Source of the DNA: a virus
Taxonomy: Duplodnaviria > Caudoviricetes
Virus record (IMG/VR): IMGVR_UViG_3300049009_000811
Span: 1-64,000 of that record
DNA length: 64,000 nt
Reading direction: 5' to 3' (one strand)
How positions within the stretch are numbered: position 1 is the first letter of the stretch; every line of letters starts with the position of its first letter. The notes beneath the pieces were generated by a model. That model was not told the origin of the DNA. It ran no database searches and was given only the letters and a program-made list of their open reading frames with translations. Below, piece by piece: positions 56,664 to 64,000 of the stretch. The position numbers were made by a program, and so were the translations under genes.

Positions 56664-56999
56664 ATGGAGACAAACGACATGGCGACTATTGATGAAGTCA
56701 TAGAAGAATTACAAGAAATGAAGAATCAAAAAGGGAATACAGGAGAAACAAGAATTATACCTTGTATTTTCAAAAAGGAAGATTTCAAAATATCCCCAGA
56801 AGAATGGGATGAGTATATGGAATCATACTCATTCGTGGGACCCGGAGTTGAGCCCCATCTCCATATGGATATCCGATATAAAATCAGCGAACACATTAAA
56901 GAACATGTGACTATGGTGTCGAAATATAGAGAACAACAAAAAGAATATAGAGAACAACAAAAAGGACGCCGCAAGGGTGGCAGCCGAAGCCAGGAATAA
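56664..56999 (+). CDS. hypothetical protein (AT-rich)
   Basis: YREQQK duplicated; alternative start 56679 with GGAG SD. Confidence 0.65.
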   Translation: METNDMATIDEVIEELQEMKNQKGNTGETRIIPCIFKKEDFKISPEEWDEYMESYSFVGPGVEPHLHMDIRYKISEHIKEHVTMVSKYREQQKEYREQQKGRRKGGSRSQE

Positions 57000-57026
57000 G
57001 ATGCACGGCACTTTCGGGAGGGTGAA

Positions 57027-57251
57027 ATGATACACGAGTTCAGGAACCCCATGCCGGTGGAGACGCCCCTGGGCTACGGCATGCTGGTGTACGTGAGGGA
57101 CGGCGGCGCGTTCTCCAACGACGTGTTCGCCATAGTCTCCGAGTCGGACGGCGTGCTGCGCCACTACCGCAGCGGTCAGTTCAGGTTCCTCCCGAACCCG
57201 ACTTTCGACATCCAGAACAGGGGCGAGATCAGGGAAACCAAGGACATATAG
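57027..57251 (+). CDS. conserved small phage protein
   Basis: PMPVETPLG.G...ND.F. Confidence 0.7.
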   Translation: MIHEFRNPMPVETPLGYGMLVYVRDGGAFSNDVFAIVSESDGVLRHYRSGQFRFLPNPTFDIQNRGEIRETKDI

Positions 57252-57266
57252 GAACAGGAGGTCCAC

Positions 57267-57479
57267 ATGGACACTTTCGAGAACGCGTCGCCGCCCCACG
57301 AGCAGCCGGACAAGGTGCTGGCGAGATGCTGGGAATGCGGCGAGACGAAAATGTGCTTCGAGCACATCGTCTGCTGCACGGGAACACACTTCCACACCTG
57401 CGTGAAGTGCAGGGAAGCCATAAACCGCAGGGAATACGTCTATTCCCATACCGAACCGGGGGCGGAATCCAATGCCTAA
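57267..57479 (+). CDS. small Cys/His-rich protein
   Basis: AGGAGG SD; CWECG, CVKC. Confidence 0.65.
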   Translation: MDTFENASPPHEQPDKVLARCWECGETKMCFEHIVCCTGTHFHTCVKCREAINRREYVYSHTEPGAESNA

Positions 57480-57640
57480 CGTTAACCCACCACCAGTGAG
57501 CCTCGCGCTCGCCCCGCACCTCGTCCTGATACTGGAGCAGATAAGGAGCGAGGATCTGCCCCTTTACGAGGAGATACTCCGCACGATAGAGCTGAAACTC
57601 CAGACCCTCGAAACAGGCAAGGCTTTATAAAGGAGAGGAC

Positions 57641-58114
57641 ATGGCGTCATCGCCCTTCATCAACGACATACCGGCTGCGTACATCCGTTCCGTGCTAGAG
57701 ATAGACCCGGGGAGCGAGACCGGTCTCACCTGGAAGCCCAGGGAGTCCGCCCCCAAGCAGTGGAACACCAGGTACGCCGGGAAGTCTGCCGGCTACAGGC
57801 ACGCCTCCAAGAACACGGAGAGGGAGACGTGGAGGGTCGACGTCAAGTACGGGGAGAAGGTCTTCAAGCTGTACGCCCACCGCCTAGTCTGGCTTCTGAA
57901 GGAGGGGGAGATAGACCCCGACTTAGAGATCGACCACGCCAACGGGAATCCCCTGGACAACGGGGTTGAGAACCTGAGGCTGGACACCAAGTCTAGGAAC
58001 ACGCGGAACAGGAAAGCGCGCCCGCGGTTTCCCCATGGTCTCCATCCAGTTTTCCCAGTAACCTATCCCGAGCCGGCGCGGGCGCCGGCTGCAACCGAAA
58101 GGATTTCGCGATGA
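57641..58114 (+). CDS. HNH endonuclease, C-terminus possibly degenerate
   Basis: WNTRYAGK.AG, AHRLVW, IDHANGNPLDNGVENLR; lacks the AP2-like tail of 22449. Confidence 0.8.
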   Translation: MASSPFINDIPAAYIRSVLEIDPGSETGLTWKPRESAPKQWNTRYAGKSAGYRHASKNTERETWRVDVKYGEKVFKLYAHRLVWLLKEGEIDPDLEIDHANGNPLDNGVENLRLDTKSRNTRNRKARPRFPHGLHPVFPVTYPEPARAPAATERISR

Positions 58115-58278
58115 ACACGATTGAGTTTTTCCAGGAACTGGCGTATGATGCGTTCACGGTGCCGCTGTTCTGGCTCCTGCGCAACTGGGCTACCGCCCTG
58201 CCGGCAGCCATGTTCGCCGGGACCGCGCTTGCGGTAGCGCTCCTGCTTTCCTGAAACCTTTCCCCGGAGGACGACCAG

Positions 58279-58641
58279 ATGTCGAAGATGAGCAACCTTC
58301 TCGAAGCCGCGGAGGCTGCCAGGGCGGCAGCCAAGGCTTCCGACGTGGCGCACGACGCCTACCTTTCCTACTCCAACGCGGTCTTAGCCTCGTACAGGTG
58401 CAACCTGAAGGTCGTCATCGCCTCGCTCAACTGCGAGACGGACCGCTCGGAGGAGAACCTCTCAGCCCTAGCCGAAGCCGAGTCGGAATCGTCCGAAGCG
58501 GACGCCGCGGCGAGCGGAGCAAGGTCTGGGGCGCTGGCTGCCGACCACTACGCCAAGGCTGCCGCGAGGAAGGCTTACGAGGCTAGCGTGAGGGACAAGG
58601 GGGCGAGGTTTCCCGGTCTCGGGCTGGGGCGAGGAAAATAG
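58279..58641 (+). CDS. Ala-rich hypothetical protein
   Basis: GGAGG SD. Confidence 0.65.
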   Translation: MSKMSNLLEAAEAARAAAKASDVAHDAYLSYSNAVLASYRCNLKVVIASLNCETDRSEENLSALAEAESESSEADAAASGARSGALAADHYAKAAARKAYEASVRDKGARFPGLGLGRGK

Positions 58642-58682
58642 ACAGAAAAGTTAATATGGACCCGCGGGTGGCTCGCCCGCCG

Positions 58683-59201
58683 TCACTTCTTCGTGACCGT
58701 TATGACGAATGTCCCGAATTCCGTCCGCTTGCTCGCGCTGAACAGGGCGAACCCGTCATCCGCGCTCGACCTGTCCTTCAGTTCCTCGATCTCCTTGATG
58801 GCGTTTGTGTTGTCGAGGAACTTGTTCTTCGAGCCGAAGTGCTTCACCGCCAGCACGTTGAACTGGTATTCGCCGAGGTCGAGCTTCTGGAACCCGGCGC
58901 CGTGGAGGGTTTGTCTGCCGCCCTTGCGCATCAGAGCCTCGAACCCTTTCTCCGTGGCGTAGTGTTCGATCAGGTCCCTCGCCTTCGCCGAGTACTGCTC
59001 CTCCTGGAGTCTGGCTGGGGCTACGGAGGGCAGAACGTGGGAGTACCCGGGCTTCTGCGGCTGTGCTTGCGGCTCGGCTCCGGAGGCGTCCCCGGCTAAA
59101 GCCCCGAGGGCGGCTAGCCCGCCGGCAGCCAGCTGCCGCAGGTTTATCTCGTTGTACAGGTCTTGGTCTCTCTCCCGCAGGAATTCGTTGAACGCGATCA
59201 T
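58683..59201 (-). CDS. hypothetical protein, possible virion-internal protein
   Basis: MIAFNEFLRERD.DLYNEI then hydrophobic LAAGGLAALGALA; CATACATA upstream. Confidence 0.7.
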   Translation of the reverse strand: MIAFNEFLRERDQDLYNEINLRQLAAGGLAALGALAGDASGAEPQAQPQKPGYSHVLPSVAPARLQEEQYSAKARDLIEHYATEKGFEALMRKGGRQTLHGAGFQKLDLGEYQFNVLAVKHFGSKNKFLDNTNAIKEIEELKDRSSADDGFALFSASKRTEFGTFVITVTKK

Positions 59202-59284
59202 GTCTTCACCTTCTCCCAGTGTTTTGGCGTATGCTTGTATGTATGCAATCGAGTAGAAAAGTTAATATGCCGGTCGCAAGGAAG

Positions 59285-60007
59285 TCATCGAGCCAACATC
59301 CTGAGCTTTTCCCTGTTGTCCACGTTGACGACATCGTCGAATCCTTCCTCGTTCGAGACATTCTCGAACGACCTCATCATTCTCTCGAGGACTTCCGGCG
59401 GGATGGTTTTCGATCCCCCCTGGAACTTTATCTCCCTCGACCTCTTGAACGCTATTTTCTGGATGACCTCCTCAGCCCCCTCGAAAGGGAAGACCACGGC
59501 GACCTTCTGGAACATCTCGTCCTTGCCAGCGACGGCGGAGAGAGCCTGGCTTCTCGCCCTCGCGGTCATGTTGGTCATGTCCACGACTATGTCCCTGCCC
59601 GAGGTGGCAGCCCCCGCCATCTTGCCCTTGAGCTGTGCGTTTATGGAGGAGTTGGCTGCGAGTATCTTCGAGTACGACAGCGACTGCCATGGGACGGAAG
59701 GTGGGGACTTGACGACCGTGCCGTACTTGCCGTCCTCCGAGCCCTCGACCGAGCCTTCCGGCGGGGCTGAGAACATGTCGTCGTATGTCATGCCCATACC
59801 CTTCGCCACCTCCTCGGCTATGGAGTCGCGGTTGATGATGTAAGGCTCGTCACGGAAGGTTTCCTTGATCCATGTCGATTTCCCCACCGCCGGCGGACCG
59901 ACCAGGACGAATATGGTCTTCCTCTCCTCGGCGTCCTCGAGGTACTGGCTCTCCGTGATTATGCCTGCGAGGTAAAGCCTGTATTTGGGGTTGTCTTTGT
60001 TGTTCAT
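59285..60007 (-). CDS. P-loop kinase (AAA_33 / polynucleotide-kinase-like)
   Basis: VLVGPPAVGKSTW, INRD, IVVDMTNMT..AR, KTIPPEVL, EEGFD. Confidence 0.8.
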   Translation of the reverse strand: MNNKDNPKYRLYLAGIITESQYLEDAEERKTIFVLVGPPAVGKSTWIKETFRDEPYIINRDSIAEEVAKGMGMTYDDMFSAPPEGSVEGSEDGKYGTVVKSPPSVPWQSLSYSKILAANSSINAQLKGKMAGAATSGRDIVVDMTNMTARARSQALSAVAGKDEMFQKVAVVFPFEGAEEVIQKIAFKRSREIKFQGGSKTIPPEVLERMMRSFENVSNEEGFDDVVNVDNREKLRMLAR

Positions 60008-60066
60008 AGAAGAATTCGTCCTTTTCTGTCTGATCGATCATACTATTGATTTTATACTGAATATAT

Positions 60067-60630
60067 ATGGTCATGGAGAAATATAATTGGAAACATTTGA
60101 TGGAGATAGAGCCGAGGTCTTCGGTGACTTTCGGGATGATCAAGCCTTTCCTGCTGCCGGAACACAAGGTCGTGCTGGACGTGTTCTGCGGCTTTGCCCC
60201 GCTGCACAAGCACATGGCTGACAGGGAATATTTCGGCTACGACTCGAGCGAGGAGGCGATATCGAGCCTCAGGAGGGATTTCCCGAGGGGCAACTGGAAA
60301 GTCCTCAGGGACAGCCAGTTCTCGTTCGACGGCAAGATCGATGTCTTCATCCACCTTGGCATATCGGCTGGGGAGAGGGATACGGACAGCAAGATCGAGA
60401 CGGAGGTGGACTCGAGGATAATAGGGTCGTGTTCGCCTTCTCTGGTCATTCTGGAGATGTGCGCCGGTCATTACGACCGCATAAAGGCTGCCAAGCTGCC
60501 GCACCATTGGGACGCCATAAACGAGCGTGTCGCCAGCAAGTACAGGCTGTTGGCTTCCGAGGCTTTCGATTCGGGCATAAAGAGGGAGTGCGTCGCCAAG
60601 AGGGTGATGAACATCTATGGGGTCGGCTGA
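60067..60630 (+). CDS. class I SAM-dependent methyltransferase
   Basis: VLDVFCGFAPL, YFGYDSS..AI. Confidence 0.7.
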   Translation: MVMEKYNWKHLMEIEPRSSVTFGMIKPFLLPEHKVVLDVFCGFAPLHKHMADREYFGYDSSEEAISSLRRDFPRGNWKVLRDSQFSFDGKIDVFIHLGISAGERDTDSKIETEVDSRIIGSCSPSLVILEMCAGHYDRIKAAKLPHHWDAINERVASKYRLLASEAFDSGIKRECVAKRVMNIYGVG

Positions 60631-61277
60631 CCGGTTCGCCTTGCGAATCCCAGACCTGCGGCGAACGGTATGGACAGGAACTCGAAACTTTTTTTCGCCT
60701 CGTGGTCTGCCGTGATTTCCTCCCAGAACCGCTTGACGCCACATTTGCCGTATTTCGTCTCTTTCTCGACCGTTATGTCATGGAGAGCCATGTATCCGTC
60801 GTGGGCTAGGAGTTTCTCGCAGAAATGGAAGTCGTGCTTGACCCCTTCGTACGAGTGGTCGCCGTCGATGTAGATGTATTGGTACTTGGAGGGCGAGGAG
60901 AAGTTCTCCAGCCTCATGTTGTGTATCCTTATGATGTTCTGGCATCCGACTGGTTCCCAGTAGTCTTTCTTGGCTGTCTTCCAGATGCCGACCCCGCCCC
61001 AGGCGTTCGTCTCGTCGATGCTGTAGCCCGCGTCGACGAAATCGACGGTCCCGGCTCCCTCGTCCCTGCAGGCTATGCCGCATATCGATGGAACGTATCC
61101 CCTTTGCGACCCGACGACCAGGACATTTGCCGGTCTTATGTTGCGGATGAAGGCGTAGTGGAAAAGACCGAACCCGAGGTTGTTTTTGGCGTAGTCGTTG
61201 TTGTGGTTCCTGTCGTGGTATCTGTCCCTTATTGTTTTCGCGATGTTCGGGTTCGCGAACGGGTCGTGGTTTCCCAT
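60615..61277 (-). CDS. class I SAM-dependent methyltransferase (Methyltransf_24-like)
   Basis: VLVVGS.RGY, YIYIDGDHSYEGVKHD, G.MALHD, GVKRFW. Confidence 0.8.
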   Translation of the reverse strand: MGNHDPFANPNIAKTIRDRYHDRNHNNDYAKNNLGFGLFHYAFIRNIRPANVLVVGSQRGYVPSICGIACRDEGAGTVDFVDAGYSIDETNAWGGVGIWKTAKKDYWEPVGCQNIIRIHNMRLENFSSPSKYQYIYIDGDHSYEGVKHDFHFCEKLLAHDGYMALHDITVEKETKYGKCGVKRFWEEITADHEAKKSFEFLSIPFAAGLGFARRTGQPTP

Positions 61278-61288
61278 TGTTTCCCCCG

Positions 61289-61633
61289 TTACATGCTGAA
61301 GGAGCTTCCGCAGCCGCAGGTTGACTTCGCTTGCGGGTTGTCTATCCTGAAGCCGCGGGCGTTGAGGTCGTCGACGAAGTCGACGGTGGCGTCGCCGATG
61401 TACATGGCGCTCCTCTTGTCGAGGACGATCGTGACCCCGTTGACCTCGTGCCTCTCGTCTATCCTCTCGTTGAACTCCGTCTCCACGGTTATCTTGGACT
61501 GGAAGCCGGAACAGCCGCCGCCGACCACCTTCAGCCTTATGTGCATTTCTCCCGCGGACTGGTCTTGCGACTTCTGCTCCTCTATAGCCCTCGCTATCTC
61601 CGCGGCAGCCTTGTCTGTGATCTTTATTGGCAT
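61289..61633 (-). CDS. iscA: A-type Fe-S cluster carrier (IscA/HesB/ErpA family)
   Basis: I.ITDKAA, VVGGGCSGF, GF.IDNP.AKSTCGCGSSF. Confidence 0.92.
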   Translation of the reverse strand: MPIKITDKAAAEIARAIEEQKSQDQSAGEMHIRLKVVGGGCSGFQSKITVETEFNERIDERHEVNGVTIVLDKRSAMYIGDATVDFVDDLNARGFRIDNPQAKSTCGCGSSFSM

Positions 61634-61714
61634 ATGTCTTCCTTTCTAGAAAAAACTTTCATTGGTTGTTCGCCCCATATCATTTTTGTGTCCGACTTTG
61701 CAAGATCAAGTGCT

Positions 61715-62371
61715 CTAGTTGATCCCGTCGTAGTTCTTGTTGCTAGGGGATTCGCCGAAAACTCCACGCATCCACGACTCGTTCTTGCCTGGCTGAACAT
61801 TACCTTTCAAAGCGGAAAGCAAAGCTCTGGCGACAACTCTGTCTTTTTCTTGTTCGTCATTAGGCAATCCTGCATAATCAATGTTCATTAATTTTTGTCG
61901 TTGTTGAAGTTTTGCTTCTAATTTACCTGCTTCTTTTAACTTTGCAGTATCGTCGAATTGATCTGGATTCTGAACAAAAGCTTGAGCAGTAACATTCCAA
62001 CCTTTATGTATAGCATCACTGATCGCTTCAATGTCAGTAACGCCAGAGTCAATGATTTTCTTAGCGAACTCTGCTGACTTTAAATTAGCTTGCCATCCAA
62101 ATGTATTGCCTGGAGTGCTTCGACCATAATGGTAAGCATCATCTAATGCTTTGTCGCTAATTGTCGCTAATTGTTGAATGTTTAAAGATGAAGCTGCTTG
62201 TGCTTGTGCCGCTCCCGGAGCTTGTGCTTGTGCCGCTCCCGGAGCTTGTGCTTGTGCCGCTCCCGGAGCTTGTGCTTGTGCCGCTCCCGGAGCTTGCGCT
62301 GCTCCTGCCGTTGGCGGAATCTCGCCAGCCTCGTTGGTCCTGAGTTGCAGATACTCGTAGAAATTCATCAT
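61715..62371 (-). CDS. hypothetical protein with AQAQAPGA repeats and RyR-like motif
   Basis: MMNFYEYL..NE; AIHKGW...Y.GLP.DEQEKDR. Confidence 0.7.
   Translation of the reverse strand: MMNFYEYLQLRTNEAGEIPPTAGAAQAPGAAQAQAPGAAQAQAPGAAQAQAPGAAQAQAASSLNIQQLATISDKALDDAYHYGRSTPGNTFGWQANLKSAEFAKKIIDSGVTDIEAISDAIHKGWNVTAQAFVQNPDQFDDTAKLKEAGKLEAKLQQRQKLMNIDYAGLPNDEQEKDRVVARALLSALKGNVQPGKNESWMRGVFGESPSNKNYDGIN
62196..62291. repeat. 24-bp coding tandem repeat, 4 copies
   Basis: GCTTGTGCTTGTGCCGCTCCCGGA x4. Confidence 0.9.
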
Positions 62372-62434
62372 GACGACACCTTTTTTAAAAAACATTTGAT
62401 GAATTATGTATGTCTCTACGATGGAAAACAACGG

Positions 62435-62626
62435 TTATTTTTTGTTTTCCAGGCTTCTGTCCAAGATCCTCTCCGCGATGTCGACCATCACCGAGACGGA
62501 TTCTTCGCCAGCCGAAGTCCTCCTCGCAGCCTCCTTCCGCAGGGACGCAAGGAAAAGCCTTTCCGCCTCGCCGAGGTTCGGGTCGTTGACGACTTCCGAC
62601 AGCATGTTGTCGATGTCCATGTCCAT
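62435..62626 (-). CDS. small hypothetical protein
   Basis: GAGGT SD. Confidence 0.6.
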   Translation of the reverse strand: MDMDIDNMLSEVVNDPNLGEAERLFLASLRKEAARRTSAGEESVSVMVDIAERILDRSLENKK

Positions 62627-62784
62627 GTGGCTACCTCTATCCAATGTGATTGTTTTCCGACACACCAAAATATCATATCCGCGTCGACAGGAGAATATGG
62701 TTTTCCGCATTATGGTCGGATGATTTTCCTTCTGGGCACATAGATATCGGTGAGGCTGGAAAACTTATAATGGGGTGAGACAAC

Positions 62785-63450
62785 ATGAGATTCAAAGAGT
62801 GGCTGGTTCTTGGCGAGGCTTTGGACCCTACCAAGACATACGACAAGGCGTCAGACAAGTGGGTCCCGTTCGACCCCAACAGCATCGAGATCAAGAACGG
62901 CAAGGTAGATTTCTCCGTTGACGGAGAGGACTTCTTCGCGTCGTTCGCGCCCACGACGATAACGGCCAACCAAGTCAATCCGGCGCTTGGGGACCAGGAG
63001 TTCAAAGGCGTGTCCATAAGCTTCACCGGTCCAAGAGGTTTCTCCCTGACCGGGACAAGCAAGAACCCGACCGAGGTCTACGCCAACCTGGCGAAGGCGG
63101 TATATGGCTACACGTCCCAGAGGAACCCCGACTTCCTGACGTTCGGTCCAGCCAACGAGAAGATGAACGTCCCATACAAGCTCCTCTACGACGGTTTCCT
63201 CAGCAAGTCCTACCCGCTGGCGCACGCGTCTGACGACCAGAAGTATTTCGTGAGAAGGGACATTTTCGAGATGATGAAGAATCATTTCCCGAAACCAAGG
63301 GAAGAACACGAGGAAGAATGGTCCAAAAGGGTCAAGGAAATAAAGGAAAAAAAGGTGAGGGAAAGAAAACCCGTTGGCTTTCTGAGCAAGCCGCCGAATG
63401 AAATCCCATATTCTTTCGAGCCAGAGCCAAGCTTCGGTCGTGACGTTTAA
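62785..63450 (+). CDS. hypothetical protein, possible virion-internal protein
   Basis: MRFKEWL..GEA; CATAGATA at 62739. Confidence 0.7.
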   Translation: MRFKEWLVLGEALDPTKTYDKASDKWVPFDPNSIEIKNGKVDFSVDGEDFFASFAPTTITANQVNPALGDQEFKGVSISFTGPRGFSLTGTSKNPTEVYANLAKAVYGYTSQRNPDFLTFGPANEKMNVPYKLLYDGFLSKSYPLAHASDDQKYFVRRDIFEMMKNHFPKPREEHEEEWSKRVKEIKEKKVRERKPVGFLSKPPNEIPYSFEPEPSFGRDV

Positions 63451-63480
63451 ACATCCAGAAAACAATCAAAGGACACCTCT

Positions 63481-64000
63481 ATGGCGAGAGTCATGACATT
63501 CATCGAGTACCTTGAGCATCGAGACCCTTCGATGCACGCCGAGATCATCAACGAGGACCTAGCCGGGATCTACAGGAGAGGCAAGGAGATGGTCGGTCAG
63601 GCTTGGCAGGGGACGAAGGACTTCGCCTCGAGTTTCATGTCCGAGCTGAAAAGCCAGATCGGGGAGTTCTCCGCGGACTTCAAGAGCATAAAGGGGATTT
63701 ACGACAAGGGGGAGCTGACCCCCAAGCTGGTGACGCTCATGAGGGAGAAGGGTCTGAGGCACAGGGACACGCTCATGGAACTCGGGAAACTGGGGATCAT
63801 CCTCGGGACGGTCGGTCTGGTCGCGATGGGCGGCGCCGCAGGCAAGGCTCACGCCCCGACCGTGCAGCACGACTACGACCATGACGGCGGCGACCACTCC
63901 CATGACGGCGCTGACCACTCCCACGACGGCGGTATCGGCGTACTCGCCGGGAAGGAAGGGATCAAGATAGCCAAGGCTATAGACAGCAAATACAAGCTGT
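63481..64000 (+). CDS. partial ORF running off the window; N-terminus related to 59201(-)
   Basis: MTFIEYLEHRDP.MH.EIINE, a TM-like segment, DHSHDG repeats; no stop before 64000. Confidence 0.7.
   Translation, partial: MARVMTFIEYLEHRDPSMHAEIINEDLAGIYRRGKEMVGQAWQGTKDFASSFMSELKSQIGEFSADFKSIKGIYDKGELTPKLVTLMREKGLRHRDTLMELGKLGIILGTVGLVAMGGAAGKAHAPTVQHDYDHDGGDHSHDGADHSHDGGIGVLAGKEGIKIAKAIDSKYKL

Noticed and set aside
1-64000. Stop-codon reassignment
   Set aside because: Conserved genes are intact in the standard code, and TAG, TGA and TAA all end well-supported genes.

Overview
The window reads as part of a large lytic dsDNA phage genome, probably T4-like or jumbo (rIIA/rIIB-like genes, HNH endonucleases, DNA ligase, Vsr, RuvB-like ATPase, two tRNAs, IscA, no cellular housekeeping operons). 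It has two zones. Zone 1 (~800-52,550) is an array of mostly small, unrelated ORFs, many preceded by one fixed-spacing element, motif A: AGCCGTTC-N11-GG(A/C)ACCC-N6-YGT, then an A/C-rich linker, a GGAG Shine-Dalgarno (SD) and ATG. I counted about 67 copies by eye, on both strands and oriented with the downstream gene. The upstream gene's stop codon often overlaps or abuts the motif's left edge, neighbouring copies share near-identical leaders in front of unrelated ORFs, and base composition shifts at these boundaries. This looks like a gene-cassette expression and shuffling platform. A second element, motif B (CCGG-TGTACTGACCT-CCGG, about 21 copies), usually sits after terminators. The array carries eight paralogues of a capped G-D-V-[ST]-x-[IL]-x heptapeptide-repeat protein, an Ocr-like protein, acidic mini-proteins and a pentapeptide-repeat protein, consistent with an early host-takeover/anti-defence region. 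Zone 2 (52,550-64,000) lacks both motifs and holds glycosyl-, acetyl- and methyltransferase-like genes, IscA, a P-loop kinase, and proteins with an N-terminal FxE(W/F/Y)L motif preceded by an xATAxATA late-promoter-like box. All counts and homologies are by eye; no searches were run.
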